The translations under genes and the position numbers were made by a program. A stretch of DNA of 64,000 nt from Hyphococcus sp. (GTDB taxonomy: Bacteria; Pseudomonadota; Alphaproteobacteria; Caulobacterales; Parvularculaceae): NCBI GenBank assembly GCA_013002535.1, contig JABDJK010000038.1, positions 27,804-91,803 of the forward strand. The letters are read 5' to 3'. Shown here in pieces: positions 48,689 through 59,652 of this stretch. Under the pieces are notes generated by a model. That model saw only the letters and a program-made list of their open reading frames with translations. It searched no databases and was not told the origin of the DNA. Each line of letters begins with the position of its first letter. Positions within the stretch are counted from its first letter, which is position 1.

Positions 48689-49620
48689 CTTTCCGGCGCG
48701 GGCGTAAATTCCTGATTATCGTCTGGCGGCAGTTTGAACATCCCGTTCTCCCAGTCCTGTTCGCGCCAGGCTTTTTTCGCCGCTTCGATTTTTTCCTGCG
48801 AGGACGAAACGAAGTTCCACCAGAGATAACGTTTTTCCGGGAAGACCTCGCCGCCAAGCAGTATCAGCCTTGCGCCGGCCTCGCCCGCGCAAAGCGTCAT
48901 CGCGCCGCCCGGTCGGAATACGATCAACTGGCCGCTTTCATATTTGTCGCCGGCGATTGTGAGCGACCCATGCGTGATGTACACGCCCCGATCTTCGTGA
49001 TTTTCGGGAAGAGGGATTTTGGCCCACGGGTCCAAATCAGCGTCGGCGTAAAACATCTCCGAGAATGTTTTGACCGGCGCCCGCTCGCCGTAAGCATTCC
49101 CAAGGATTAGGCGCAGCTTTGCGCCGTTGTCTTCAATGAACGGTAAATCGTCCTGTCCATGATGTTCGAATGCTGGCTCTGTACCTTCGTGCCTAGTCGG
49201 TAGAGCCACCCAGGTCTGAACGCCGTGAAGAGCGTGCTCGCTTTTTCTTGTATTATCGCTCGTGCGTTCAGAATGGGTAATCGCCTTCCCTGCAATCATC
49301 CAGTTGACCTCGCCCGGATAGATCATCTGGTTGGTGCCGAGGGAATCGCGATGTAAAAATTCCCCTTTATAGAGATAGGTTACCGTCGCAATGCCGATAT
49401 GGGGGTGGGGGCGCACGTCAATACCTTTTCCGGGCGCAAATTTAGCCGGGCCGGCTTCATCCAGAAACGCGAACGGCCCGACGAGCCGGCGTTTCGGCGA
49501 GGGCAACGCCCGGCGCACTTCAAACCCGCCGAGGTCACGCGTGCGCGGGATGATAATCGTCTCGACCGCGTCGGTTGGCGCATCAGGACAATCGGGCTCG
49601 GCGGTATTTATCCAGCTCAT
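48685..49620 (-). CDS. Pirin-family protein
   Basis: GPFAFLD, PHPHIG, GEVNWMIAG..ITHSE, GVQTWVALP. Confidence 0.93.
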   Translation of the reverse strand: MSWINTAEPDCPDAPTDAVETIIIPRTRDLGGFEVRRALPSPKRRLVGPFAFLDEAGPAKFAPGKGIDVRPHPHIGIATVTYLYKGEFLHRDSLGTNQMIYPGEVNWMIAGKAITHSERTSDNTRKSEHALHGVQTWVALPTRHEGTEPAFEHHGQDDLPFIEDNGAKLRLILGNAYGERAPVKTFSEMFYADADLDPWAKIPLPENHEDRGVYITHGSLTIAGDKYESGQLIVFRPGGAMTLCAGEAGARLILLGGEVFPEKRYLWWNFVSSSQEKIEAAKKAWREQDWENGMFKLPPDDNQEFTPAPES

Positions 49621-49659
49621 AAAACTTCTCGTTCAATTGCGTTGAAGATTTCATACAAC

Positions 49660-49687
49660 AAAAAACGGCCCCGATGGAGGGGCCGTT
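49660..49687 (-). terminator. Intrinsic terminator after the SRPBCC gene
   Basis: AACGGCCCC/GGGGCCGTT stem followed by a T-run on the minus strand. Confidence 0.65.
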
Positions 49688-49712
49688 CTTAAAGCACAAT
49701 TTCGGCGGGGTG

Positions 49713-50261
49713 TTATCCGCCGCCCGCTTCTGCCAATTCTTTCAAGCTGGAAAGGCCCTCTTCATATTGCGGCCCCAGCATGCCATCCATCATGAAACCA
49801 AAATACGTCGACATTGGTTTCATATAAAATGGCACGCCATCGCGCATATTGGTGTCAAAGGACCATACGACTTTTGTACCGTCGCCGGCGGCCGGCGATA
49901 AATCGAGCGCCGCTTTTGCCAGTCCCTTATCGCCGAAGTCGAGATCGACTTTGACCTGACTTGGCGGGTCCAGTGCGGTGATCATCTGTGCGCCGTCGCC
50001 GACATTGGGATGGTCGCTCTGCCAGGACATTGTCTGGCCGACGCCTTCGCCAGCTATTGTTGATGTCATATCCGGATCAATTTTCGCCCATGGCGACCAT
50101 TTTTCCATCTCGCCCAGATCGCTGACAAGCGCGTAGACTTCGTCCTGCGGCGCATCGATAACGATTTCACGTTCAAGATGAACTTTGTCTGGCAGAACAA
50201 ATCCCAAGATAATCAAGACAAAGAGTACTAATCCTATGCCGCCTAAAATTTTTCCAAGCAT
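49713..50261 (-). CDS. SRPBCC-family (START-like) membrane-anchored protein
   Basis: REIVIDAPQDEVY, WSPW, YEEGLSSLKELAE. Confidence 0.88.
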   Translation of the reverse strand: MLGKILGGIGLVLFVLIILGFVLPDKVHLEREIVIDAPQDEVYALVSDLGEMEKWSPWAKIDPDMTSTIAGEGVGQTMSWQSDHPNVGDGAQMITALDPPSQVKVDLDFGDKGLAKAALDLSPAAGDGTKVVWSFDTNMRDGVPFYMKPMSTYFGFMMDGMLGPQYEEGLSSLKELAEAGGG

Positions 50262-50332
50262 GCTTTATGTCTCCCGGATTTTGACCCGGCAATTATAGAC
50301 CCCGCAAACCAGGGCGTCATTCGCTGGATGAC

Positions 50333-50361
50333 AAAAAACCCGGCGATTTGCCGGGTTTTTT
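50333..50361. terminator. Symmetric intrinsic terminator after rplS
   Basis: AAAAAACCCGGC-gattt-GCCGGGTTTTTT. Confidence 0.85.
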
Positions 50362-50386
50362 GAAATTCTCTCGTTTTATTGTTCGC

Positions 50387-50761
50387 TTATGCGCCATTTT
50401 TCGCACGGCGATCAACTTTTTCCTTGATGCGCGCAGATTTGCCACGGCGCTCGCGCAGGTAATATAATTTGGCGCGGCGGACTTTACCGCGGCGAACGAC
50501 ATCAATTGAATCGACCAGCGGCGAATATATCGGGAAGACGCGCTCGACGCCCTCGCCAAAAGAAATCTTGCGAACTGTGAAGGCCTCATTAAGGCCAGAG
50601 CCGCCGCGCGCAATGCAGACGCCTTCAAACGCCTGGATACGTTCGCGTTCGCCCTCGCGCACTTTAACGTTGACGCGCACGGTGTCGCCGGCTGCAAATT
50701 CCGGCACTTCTTTGCCGAGTTCTTCCATGTGCTCTTTTTCGAGCGTCTCAATGATGTTCAT
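50387..50761 (-). CDS. rplS: 50S ribosomal protein L19
   Basis: [36 protein letters not shown]. Confidence 0.98.
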   Translation of the reverse strand: MNIIETLEKEHMEELGKEVPEFAAGDTVRVNVKVREGERERIQAFEGVCIARGGSGLNEAFTVRKISFGEGVERVFPIYSPLVDSIDVVRRGKVRRAKLYYLRERRGKSARIKEKVDRRAKNGA

Positions 50762-50766
50762 CGTTT

Positions 50767-51483
50767 TTAGTCCTTGTTCTTGTCGCGCCGGATAGGACCG
50801 TCTTGTTCAAATCTCTCAAAGAGATCCGGTCGTCGCGTCCGCGTTATTTTTTCCGCTTCCTTGCGCCGCCAATCAGCGATTCTTTGGTGATCGCCTGACA
50901 GCAGCACATCCGGGATAGCCCGGCCTTCAAAATCCCGGGGCCGCGTATACTGGGGATATTCCAGCAAGCCGCCCTCAAAGCTTTCCTCCCCGAGGGAGGA
51001 AGCGCAGCCCAATACACCGGGTATCAGGCGCACGCAAGCCTCGATCAGGGCCATGGCCGCGATTTCACCACCAGCGAGGACAAAATCGCCGATCGAGACC
51101 TCCTCAACGTCCCGGGCAGCGAATATCCGCTCATCAATGCCCTCAAACCGGCCGCAGAGCGCGATGACGCCGGGGCCTTTGCTAAGTGATTGGGCGCGCC
51201 GTTGAGTGAGCGGCTTCCCCCGGGGCGAAAGGCACAGAATTGGACGATCGTTTCGCTCTACGCTGTCTATGGCCGCGGCCAAAATATCGGCCCGCATGAC
51301 GAGCCCGGCGCCGCCGCCGGCGGGTGTGTCATCAACAGAGCCATATTTGTTGTCCGAAAATTCGCGGATGTTGACGGTGTCGAAGCTCCAATGGCCTTCC
51401 GCCCGCCCGCGGCCCAGCACCGAAGCGTCGAGCGGGCCCGGAAAAAGCTCCGGATAGAGGGTGAGGACCGTAGCGTGGAACAT
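50767..51483 (-). CDS. trmD: tRNA (guanine-N1)-methyltransferase
   Basis: [47 protein letters not shown]. Confidence 0.98.
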   Translation of the reverse strand: MFHATVLTLYPELFPGPLDASVLGRGRAEGHWSFDTVNIREFSDNKYGSVDDTPAGGGAGLVMRADILAAAIDSVERNDRPILCLSPRGKPLTQRRAQSLSKGPGVIALCGRFEGIDERIFAARDVEEVSIGDFVLAGGEIAAMALIEACVRLIPGVLGCASSLGEESFEGGLLEYPQYTRPRDFEGRAIPDVLLSGDHQRIADWRRKEAEKITRTRRPDLFERFEQDGPIRRDKNKD

Positions 51484-51544
51484 GGCCGGTCAAATCGCAC
51501 GGGGGGCGGATTGAGGCAAGGCGGACCGGCGCCGCCCAGAATAG

Positions 51545-52378
51545 TTAGGCGTGGGTTTTCTGCGCCGCCCCCGTCGGCGCCGGCTTTGCTTTGGCGAGGG
51601 GCCAGAGCAATTGCTCGGCGACGGTTGTGTCAGGCAGGTTTTCCACGCCGAATTTTTCCGGGTAGCAGCGCGTGATTTTCGCGGTGCCAAAAAGCACATC
51701 CCAGAAGAAAAGAAGATTGCCGTAATTGCCTTTGTAGTTGGTGACGCCGTCATCGGCATGTCTGCCGTGATGGGCGGAATGGGTCGCCGGCGTCGAAATT
51801 GTTCGCTCAACAACCCACATTACCGGAGACAGCCATTTTATTTTATAGAGCTTCGCGTCCCAGCGAACGTCCGAATGCGCGCCATAAATCACAGACATCT
51901 TAATGATGATATAAACCGCATAAACCCATCCGCCGCCCATGTAGATCAGGATGCCGGAAAACCAGAGACCCGGCATCATCAGATAATAAAAGATGTTGTT
52001 TCGATAAACGACGCGGATTGAGAGATACTCCGCATTGTGATGCGGCCGATGCAAATTGTAGAGCCACGGCGTTTTATGCGTAATCCGATGCCACCAATAT
52101 TGTGTCATGTCATCGAAAATCAAAAATAGTCCGAACACAGCCCAAAACGGCCAGGACTTTAAGACGTCGCTCATGCCGGGCATTACCAAGGCGCCAAGAG
52201 CAAACCCTGAGGCGAGCACAAAGGGTTGCGTAAATAGCGTCAGCGTCGCCGTGGAAAGGACTTCGACAATGCCGTCGCCTTTTCGTGCGCCCGGCTTTTT
52301 GAAAAAGTTTGTGAACAGGATTTCCAGCAGGATAAAGCCCGTGAAAATACTCAAGACAACGATCAGTTCTGGTTTCAT
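51545..52378 (-). CDS. Sterol desaturase / fatty acid hydroxylase family protein
   Basis: His boxes YWWHR, HRPHH, HSAHH; GNYGN.LFFWDVLFGT. Confidence 0.9.
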   Translation of the reverse strand: MKPELIVVLSIFTGFILLEILFTNFFKKPGARKGDGIVEVLSTATLTLFTQPFVLASGFALGALVMPGMSDVLKSWPFWAVFGLFLIFDDMTQYWWHRITHKTPWLYNLHRPHHNAEYLSIRVVYRNNIFYYLMMPGLWFSGILIYMGGGWVYAVYIIIKMSVIYGAHSDVRWDAKLYKIKWLSPVMWVVERTISTPATHSAHHGRHADDGVTNYKGNYGNLLFFWDVLFGTAKITRCYPEKFGVENLPDTTVAEQLLWPLAKAKPAPTGAAQKTHA

Positions 52379-52577
52379 CGGATCTTCCTCGCGAGCGCCC
52401 TTGCGTTTTCCATTGAGCTGATTTTGCGCTGGGCCATTGATGAGAAATGCTGAGTGATTGCAAACGCCACAGCAAAATTAATCAATAAAAATTTCGTATC
52501 TTATCCGCACATTGAGGAAAGTTGGAAATTAATCGACATTTTTGAACATAAACAGGAATAGATTCTGACAACACCAT

Positions 52578-52973
52578 TTAAATGACTTCCTCTCTTTCAC
52601 TTAAATGCTCGTGAAGTCCGAAAATTTTTACTAGGTCTCGAAAGGTAGAGTAAATTATCGCATCGCTAAGGCTCATTGTTTCGTATGGTAGACCCACATC
52701 TTCGCGAACCCATTTGCGCCACATGATCAATTTCAGCGCTGCATCTTGTATTAAAGATGCCCTGGTGTTTGCAGCCCGAAACAATAAATCGCTCTGTTTT
52801 TGGATCAATTCACTGAAATGTTCCGCTTCGGATTCAGGTATATTTCTTGGTTCAAAAAGCGCCTTCTCGATTTTGTTAAAATCGTCAAACAGCAATTTAA
52901 TTTTTTGCGAGTCATCTCCGTCATCGAACTCGTGAACGTGACTTTCGGCGATCGTGGTTTCTGCTGGTTTCAT
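52578..52973 (-). CDS. Hypothetical protein (AT-richer than its flanks)
   Basis: 131-aa acidic helical ORF with GAGG upstream. Confidence 0.6.
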   Translation of the reverse strand: MKPAETTIAESHVHEFDDGDDSQKIKLLFDDFNKIEKALFEPRNIPESEAEHFSELIQKQSDLLFRAANTRASLIQDAALKLIMWRKWVREDVGLPYETMSLSDAIIYSTFRDLVKIFGLHEHLSEREEVI

Positions 52974-53067
52974 CGTGTCTTCCTCGTGTGCGCGACCTTG
53001 CGTCTTCGATTGACCTCATTTTGCGCCGTGCCATTGATTTATAATGTTAAGTATTTAACATTTAGGC

Positions 53068-53763
53068 ATGAGCAATGAAAATCAGCCGTTCAGGCTAACC
53101 GCCTTTATGGAAATGCTGCCAGCGGACCTCGCCGACGCGATCAAGCGCCGGGCGACCATGCGGCGCTATGCAAATAACCAATTCCTTCACAGTCGCGGCG
53201 ACCCGAATCCGGGTCTTTCGATTGTTAAAAGCGGCGCTGTAAAGGTCGGCGTATACGGGCTCGACGGTGCTTTTGTTTTGACGTCCGCGCTGGGACCCGG
53301 ACAGACATTTGGCGAATTCACCCTATTCGCCGGATTGCCGCGCACCCAAGATGCGGCGGCTACAGGCGACACGGAAGTCTATCACCTAAGGGCCGCCGAA
53401 TTTCTCCCCCTATTTGAGCGCCACAGAGAAATCGGGCATGCGCTGTTGGCGGCGTCTTTGCAACGATTGCATGTTGTTATCGAAATTCTCGACGCCATGC
53501 GCCGCTTGCCGGTTCGCGAACGCACCGCGAAGATTTTGTTTCTGACGGTGCAGACTATGGGCGCCGCAGAACATCTGCAAATCCGTCAAACGGAAATCGC
53601 GCAGATGCTCGGGGTTTCGCGCGTCACTATGAACCGCGCTTTACAGGAACTTTCGCAGCTTGGGCTTATCGCCATCGGTTATGGCGAAATTAAAATTGTT
53701 GATGTTGCGCAATTCAATGACTGGATCGACGCCAATTGCAATGTGTCGCTGGAGGCGGGCTGA
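53068..53763 (+). CDS. Crp/Fnr-family transcriptional regulator
   Basis: LGPGQTFGE...LPRT cNMP fold; QTEIAQMLGVSRVTMNRAL HTH. Confidence 0.92.
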   Translation: MSNENQPFRLTAFMEMLPADLADAIKRRATMRRYANNQFLHSRGDPNPGLSIVKSGAVKVGVYGLDGAFVLTSALGPGQTFGEFTLFAGLPRTQDAAATGDTEVYHLRAAEFLPLFERHREIGHALLAASLQRLHVVIEILDAMRRLPVRERTAKILFLTVQTMGAAEHLQIRQTEIAQMLGVSRVTMNRALQELSQLGLIAIGYGEIKIVDVAQFNDWIDANCNVSLEAG

Positions 53764-53785
53764 GATACGGCCCTGTGCCCAACTG

Positions 53786-55453
53786 CTACCGCTTCGGCGC
53801 TCCCGGGCGCTGTCGCGTTTGCCACTCTGGATCGATCCAGAGCGGCGGGTCTTCCGGCGCCAAAGGCGCTTTTCCAAGGATGAGATCGGCGGCTTTTTCC
53901 GCCGCCATGATGACCGGCGCATTGATGTTGCCATAAGGCGCCGTCGGAAAAATTGAGGCGTCGACGACGCGTAATTTCTCAACGCCATTCACACGGCATT
54001 GCGTGTCGACAACCGCGTCACCATCATCGCCCATACGGCACGTACCGCAAGGATGATAAGCGCTCTCAACATTTTCGCGCACCCACCCGTCGATTTCGTC
54101 GTTAGACTGAACGCTGTCGCCCGGTTGAATCTCCGGCCCTCGAAACTCATCCATCGCCGGCTGCGCCATAATTTCACGGGTCAGCTTGATACATTGCCGC
54201 CAGGCTTCGATATCGTCATCATGTTCAAGATAATTGAAGAGGATGCTTGGGTCCGTATCCATGTCGCGAGCGGCGATCGCGACGCGCCCGCGTGATTTAG
54301 GTTTGTTCGGGCCAACATGAACTTGAAATCCGTGGCCTTTGATAGACGACGTTCCGTCATAACGCATGGCGGCGGGAAGAAAATGATATTGAATGTCTGG
54401 CGACTTTAGCCCGGCTTTCGATTTGATGAAGGCGCAGCTCTCAAAGTGATTGGTCGCGCCCAGACCGGATTTGAAGAAAAACCATCGGGCGCCGATCAAA
54501 AATTTTGAAAAATAGTCAAGCTTGTCATTCAGGCTGACGGGTTTTTTGCAATGAAACTGGAAATATACCTCCAGATGATCCTGTAGGTTGGCGCCGACAT
54601 CGGGGAATTCGTGAAGTGGTTCGATCCCGAGATCTTTCAAAAACGCCGGTTCGCCAACGCCCGATCGCTGCAAAATAGACGGCGATGCGATGGCGCCGGC
54701 GGCGAGAATAATCTCGCCTTCAGTCTTGAAAGTTTTTGTCTCGCCGTTGACCCTTGCCGCCACCCCCGTTGCGCGTTTGTTGTTAAAGATGACGCGATCG
54801 ATCTCCGCGCCTGTAATGACTTGCAAATTGTTCCGGCTGCGCGCTGATTCGAGATAAGCGCGCGCCGTTGACGATCGGACGCCGTCGCCGACGGTCATGT
54901 GCATGGCGCCGAAACCTTCCTGCGCGTATCCGTTATAGTCTTGCGTTTTAGGATAACCGGCTTCCACACCGGCGTCGATAAACGCCTGGTATAAAGGGTT
55001 CGATTTCATTTCATTGCCGGCGCCGACTTTCAAAGGGCCGCTCCCGCCGCGATAGTCATCTGCGCCATGAGCCCACGTTTCGGCCCGTTTGAAATAAGGC
55101 AGGCAATCTCGATAGGCCCAGCCTGCAGCGCCCGCTTCCGCCCATTCATTGAAGTCGCAATGATGGCCCCGCACATAAACCATGCCGTTTATAGCGGATG
55201 AGCCGCCAAGCCCTTTGCCGCGCGGACAGGAAATGCGCCGGCCGTCAAGACCGGGTTCCGGATCGGAATTATAGCCCCAATTATATTTGTCGCTGGCCAT
55301 GGGATAGGAAAGCGCAGTCGGCATATCGATCATGATCGATTTGTTGCGCCCACCCGCTTCCAGCAGCAAAACGTTGTGTTTTCCGTTCTCCGACAGGCGA
55401 TTAGCGAGAACACATCCGGCGGATCCCGCGCCGACAATTATGTAATCAACCAT
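53786..55453 (-). CDS. betA: Choline dehydrogenase (GMC oxidoreductase)
   Basis: [48 protein letters not shown]-like C-terminal tail; start overlaps the BCCT stop. Confidence 0.88.
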   Translation of the reverse strand: MVDYIIVGAGSAGCVLANRLSENGKHNVLLLEAGGRNKSIMIDMPTALSYPMASDKYNWGYNSDPEPGLDGRRISCPRGKGLGGSSAINGMVYVRGHHCDFNEWAEAGAAGWAYRDCLPYFKRAETWAHGADDYRGGSGPLKVGAGNEMKSNPLYQAFIDAGVEAGYPKTQDYNGYAQEGFGAMHMTVGDGVRSSTARAYLESARSRNNLQVITGAEIDRVIFNNKRATGVAARVNGETKTFKTEGEIILAAGAIASPSILQRSGVGEPAFLKDLGIEPLHEFPDVGANLQDHLEVYFQFHCKKPVSLNDKLDYFSKFLIGARWFFFKSGLGATNHFESCAFIKSKAGLKSPDIQYHFLPAAMRYDGTSSIKGHGFQVHVGPNKPKSRGRVAIAARDMDTDPSILFNYLEHDDDIEAWRQCIKLTREIMAQPAMDEFRGPEIQPGDSVQSNDEIDGWVRENVESAYHPCGTCRMGDDGDAVVDTQCRVNGVEKLRVVDASIFPTAPYGNINAPVIMAAEKAADLILGKAPLAPEDPPLWIDPEWQTRQRPGAPKR

Positions 55454-56576
55454 TTGCAGTCTCCGGCGTGAGCGCTTCTCGCCGCCTCAATGTTAACCCA
55501 AAGATAGCGAAGTAGATGCCCACAAGCGCGACCCATTCAATTTTCATCGGTGTAAATTGGTAAGAGAGAATTAGCGCAAACAGAAGCGCCCAATGTCCGG
55601 CGATGTAAACTGGTGCGCCGAAGCGTTCGCGTGTCAAATTCAGATTGTCTGAATAGAGACGAACTAGAGAATCAAGTGAATTAATCACGAAGATAATGCC
55701 GACGGCGACCATGGCGGTGCGCATTGTTCCGGCTATTTCAACGCCGCCAGTATGAATGGCGTATAATATTGAGAACCAGAATGCGATGGGAATGGAGGGC
55801 AATATCAAAAGTGCAGCTAGCAATGCCCACGTTGAAATGCCGCCAACAAAACGCGATACGAACTGGCCGATCATGATGGACCAGGCGAGCCACCACGAGA
55901 GATAGAATGCATGATAGTCGCTGATTGGCGCGACAAATTTATGGATGTTGGTGAAGTATCCGCCTAGATTTGACGCGCTTTCAATGAATGCCGGCGGGCT
56001 AATGCCCGCCGCCCACCACAAATAAAACCCGAGCAGAATAAATAGCGTCGTTGAGGCAAGGCTCAGCCATTTCACAAACCGTATGTCAGTTGACGAAATT
56101 GCCGCCAGCAATACGACGACTGCAACCAATGCGTATTTGGCTGTCGGCGTAATCCCGGCAATATAATCCGGCAGATACGACAGGAACAGGAAACCGGTGA
56201 AAGCGCAGGTCGCAATGATGACGCCATTATTGATGAACTTTATCGCAGGGATTTCAAAGAGTCTTAGTCGAGGTTCGACAACACAGAAATAAAATGTTGT
56301 TAGAAAATAAAGACCCCAGACCAGAAACGCCCAGAAGCCGAATTCAATCGCGAGGGGGTTGGTAAAAGCGTAGGCGGCGTGCGCTTCATATGTCGGAAAT
56401 TCCGTCAGTGGAAACATGATCAAACCGACATCAAGGCCGGATGTAAAAAGTATCGCCGCAAAGACCGGCAACGCCGCTGGCGACGAGCCAATAACGCGCT
56501 TTAACGGAAATCGGATAACAATGAAGGCCGCTGTTGCGTAAATGACCCCGAAGGAGAAGGTCAGAACAATTGACAT
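55446..56576 (-). CDS. BCCT-family transporter, short form
   Basis: [42 protein letters not shown]. Confidence 0.8.
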   Translation of the reverse strand: MSIVLTFSFGVIYATAAFIVIRFPLKRVIGSSPAALPVFAAILFTSGLDVGLIMFPLTEFPTYEAHAAYAFTNPLAIEFGFWAFLVWGLYFLTTFYFCVVEPRLRLFEIPAIKFINNGVIIATCAFTGFLFLSYLPDYIAGITPTAKYALVAVVVLLAAISSTDIRFVKWLSLASTTLFILLGFYLWWAAGISPPAFIESASNLGGYFTNIHKFVAPISDYHAFYLSWWLAWSIMIGQFVSRFVGGISTWALLAALLILPSIPIAFWFSILYAIHTGGVEIAGTMRTAMVAVGIIFVINSLDSLVRLYSDNLNLTRERFGAPVYIAGHWALLFALILSYQFTPMKIEWVALVGIYFAIFGLTLRRREALTPETANG

Positions 56577-56591
56577 CAGCCGGCGCGGCGA

Positions 56592-57155
56592 TCAGTCGGC
56601 GCGCTTTACGTATTCCAGCGTTGTCGTGTTGACGATCACTTTTGTCCCAGCGCTGAGATGCGGCGGCACCATAACGCGCAAGCCATTCTCGGCGACAGCA
56701 GGCTTGTACGAAGACGAAGCTGTCTGGCCTTTGACAGTTGGTTCGGTTTCGGTGATTTCCAGCGCCACATGCTCGGGCATTTGAACGCCGATAGGCGTGC
56801 CTTCATGGCTTTCGACAACCACTTGCATGCCGTCCTGCAAGAACGCCACGCGTTCGCCGATAAGGTCCTTGGCGATATTGATTTGCTCATAATTCTCGGT
56901 GTCCATGAAAACTAGAAAATCGCCCTCTTCATAGAGAAAAGTGTGATCTTTCTGCTCGAGGCGCACGCGTTCAACAGTTTCGGAGGCGCGGAAGCGCTCG
57001 TTCAGCTTGCGTCCGTCGATCAGGTTTTTCAGCTCGACCTGCGCATAGGCCGGACCTTTGCCGGGTTTAACGGCGCCGGTTTTTACCGCGACCCAAAGGC
57101 CGTCTTGATGCTGAATAACGTTGCCTGGACGAATTTCGTTGCCGTTAATTTTCAT
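56592..57155 (-). CDS. efp: Elongation factor P
   Basis: KPGKG loop, [26 protein letters not shown]. Confidence 0.97.
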   Translation of the reverse strand: MKINGNEIRPGNVIQHQDGLWVAVKTGAVKPGKGPAYAQVELKNLIDGRKLNERFRASETVERVRLEQKDHTFLYEEGDFLVFMDTENYEQINIAKDLIGERVAFLQDGMQVVVESHEGTPIGVQMPEHVALEITETEPTVKGQTASSSYKPAVAENGLRVMVPPHLSAGTKVIVNTTTLEYVKRAD

Positions 57156-57227
57156 GGGGTGCGCCTTGATCGAATTTGTTGCCGCGCTCTAGCAGGCGCG
57201 GCGGCGTTAGGCAACCAGTGTTGCGGT

Positions 57228-59435
57228 TTACATCCTGATTGTATGCCCCAGTCGCAAGGCGACGCCAGTGCCAACCGACCGGAACGAGCTTGGGAAATCA
57301 TCTTCTCGGATCGTGCCGGTGTGACCGAGCGAAATAAAGACTTCCTGCTCCGGTTGCGGTTCCCAGATGAAGCGGCTGAACAGAGTGAAGTTCTCTGAAA
57401 TGTTGTCGTATTGAATGTCCGTCGCGATGAACATGTCCGGAGTGAAAGACACGACGGACTCAATCGATGCTACATGAATGCCGACTTCACCGGATGGGAG
57501 GTCAAACTTTGTATAATCATACTCTACCTCCAACTCGATGTGTTTACTCGGCCGCCACAGGAATTCACCGCCATAGGATCGGAAATTTCCATCATAAATA
57601 CCGCCGACGCGGGCTCTTGCTCCCAAAGCTATCGAGCGCGCGCGCGAAGTGTCCGCGCGAAAATCATACTGCCAATAGTCGTATTCGCCGACCGGCACCG
57701 TTACGACATCGGCAATTTCAAAGCTTTCGCGAATATCGACATAGGCGTTCTCTATTTCGAAATGCAGATTGTCGCCGGGATTATTGTTGAGATCGAAAAA
57801 GCCGCCAAGAAAACGATCTGTCACGGCATCGTCAAGATCAGTCAGTGTATTTGTAAAAACGCCAATCGTGTAATTGCGGATCGGGCCGCTATCGGGCCGA
57901 AAACGACGGCGCCCAAACGCGCGATACTGCCGCAGCCCCGTACGATTGGCGAAGCCAAGTTGCGGATCGTAATTCTCTCCGATCTCGCGGACAACGACGT
58001 TGTAACCATATTTGTCGCCGGTGTAATCGACCGCGACGCCAAAGAGGTCGTCTTCCACGCCGTCCGTAAAACTGCGCAGATATACGAGGTCTGCGGTGAT
58101 TGTACCGTTGAATCTGGTTGAGTTTTTGTATTGAAAATCGCCGCCGGTCACGGTGTTGGTCGATGATCCATCTGGGTCGCCATGGGTAAAAATCAAACCG
58201 GCATTTGATTCCCCGAAAACGTTTGTAGAAACCCGTCCTGCGGTAAGAAATTGCCCGTTAATGCCGAGGGCGTCTTGCGACCCTGTCCGCGTTGCGATCA
58301 TGCCAATGTCGAATGGACCGTGTTTGCCAGAGACTTTCGCGCCAGCGATGATATCGACGGGTGAACCGTCGACATTGCCGATGCGCCTTGTGAACAACGG
58401 CAATCCATTCGTGGTTCGGCTGAACAGTTCATTGCCGAATTCGAACACAGAGGCGTCCTGCAGGAAAAAATCACGCGTTTCCGGGAAAAACAGGGAGAAG
58501 CGCCCCGTATTCACCTGGCGCTCATCAAGTGGGGAATCCGAAAAGTCAGTGTTGAACGTTAATGATCCAGTCAAAGACGGCGTCAACTTGTAGAAGACAT
58601 TTGCGCTTGGATTAAAGCCGGTGTCGAATTCATCGAGCTCCCAATCATAGGAGCCCGAGCCGGTGACGAACAGTTGCGCTTCGAGGCCGATGCCGGAATC
58701 GATGCCTTCAATGCCGGCGAGGCGTCCGGGGTTGGTAATATCGATGCGCCCGCGGGAGCGATCGATATTGGACCATCGGATTTCTTCACTGTTGCGGCGG
58801 ATTGTGCGGATGATTTGCAAATTCCATTCAGTAAGGTCTGCATCGAATGAGATCGATTGAAACGGAATTGCAAATTCAGCGATCCAGCCGTCCTCGACAA
58901 CGCGTGCTTTGGCGTTCCAGATCGCGTCCCATTCCGGCCGGATCGAATTATTATTCTGAGTCAATAAATCGGCGCGCGCGCCGTTGGCGTTTACTGCGAA
59001 AAAGTATGCATTTCGGAAGGTCCCGAAGGAATCAATAATAATCCGCAAACCGTCTTCGTCCCGCAGTTGCGGGTCGCGCTTTAATTGCTGGCGCCTGATC
59101 AGGTCCGGTTCGTCGTCATAGGCGTATATGCCGACATAGAGTGTCGTTTCATCAAAGAGGATATAGGCTTTTGTCGGCTGGCTTGGCTCGCCGCCGTCGA
59201 CGGGTTCAACCTGATAAAATTCGTCGATGACGTTTGCGCGCCGCCAGACGGGGTCATTGAGATTGCCGTCGATAATTGGCCGGTCGTCGCGGTCAATTTT
59301 TACCGCTTCGACGCGGGGCACGTAATTAGCGAAATCGCGCGCAGCTGTGCTTTCACTGTCTTGCAACGCACCTGCAGGTGAGAAAGCCAGCCCAAAAAAA
59401 ACAGCAATGGCGAAAGAAACAACGCCCCGAACCAT
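57228..59435 (-). CDS. DUF5916 / CBM9-like outer-membrane protein
   Basis: Signal peptide; IDGNLNDPVW, WIAEFAIPF, NTDFS, LFFPETRDFF. Confidence 0.8.
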   Translation of the reverse strand: MVRGVVSFAIAVFFGLAFSPAGALQDSESTAARDFANYVPRVEAVKIDRDDRPIIDGNLNDPVWRRANVIDEFYQVEPVDGGEPSQPTKAYILFDETTLYVGIYAYDDEPDLIRRQQLKRDPQLRDEDGLRIIIDSFGTFRNAYFFAVNANGARADLLTQNNNSIRPEWDAIWNAKARVVEDGWIAEFAIPFQSISFDADLTEWNLQIIRTIRRNSEEIRWSNIDRSRGRIDITNPGRLAGIEGIDSGIGLEAQLFVTGSGSYDWELDEFDTGFNPSANVFYKLTPSLTGSLTFNTDFSDSPLDERQVNTGRFSLFFPETRDFFLQDASVFEFGNELFSRTTNGLPLFTRRIGNVDGSPVDIIAGAKVSGKHGPFDIGMIATRTGSQDALGINGQFLTAGRVSTNVFGESNAGLIFTHGDPDGSSTNTVTGGDFQYKNSTRFNGTITADLVYLRSFTDGVEDDLFGVAVDYTGDKYGYNVVVREIGENYDPQLGFANRTGLRQYRAFGRRRFRPDSGPIRNYTIGVFTNTLTDLDDAVTDRFLGGFFDLNNNPGDNLHFEIENAYVDIRESFEIADVVTVPVGEYDYWQYDFRADTSRARSIALGARARVGGIYDGNFRSYGGEFLWRPSKHIELEVEYDYTKFDLPSGEVGIHVASIESVVSFTPDMFIATDIQYDNISENFTLFSRFIWEPQPEQEVFISLGHTGTIREDDFPSSFRSVGTGVALRLGHTIRM

Positions 59436-59577
59436 TCGCCCCTCTATACTCAACAAACCCCATAGCCGCGATGGGCGCAGCATGAACCTAGTCATAAGCA
59501 ATAAACTATAAAAATGAAAATTACAGACTGGATGATTAGGAAATTTTTCATGTGCCGTCCCGTTCCGCGCTTGCAAC

Positions 59578-59585
59578 ATGGTTAA
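59578..59585 (-). promoter_or_regulatory. TTAACCAT motif in a divergent promoter region
   Basis: ATGGTTAA on the + strand, upstream of the hybrid kinase. Confidence 0.3.
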
Positions 59586-59652
59586 AATTCAAGATTGAAA
59601 CATTCAATTAAGCCGTTTCTGCCATAGTTCGCGCGAATTCCCGGGGCGGTTA

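Noticed and set aside
56592-57230. Absence of epmA/epmB next to efp
   Set aside because: These genes are often unlinked and this cannot be judged from one window.
57411-58121. 236-aa plus-strand ORF
   Set aside because: Shadow of the DUF5916 gene.
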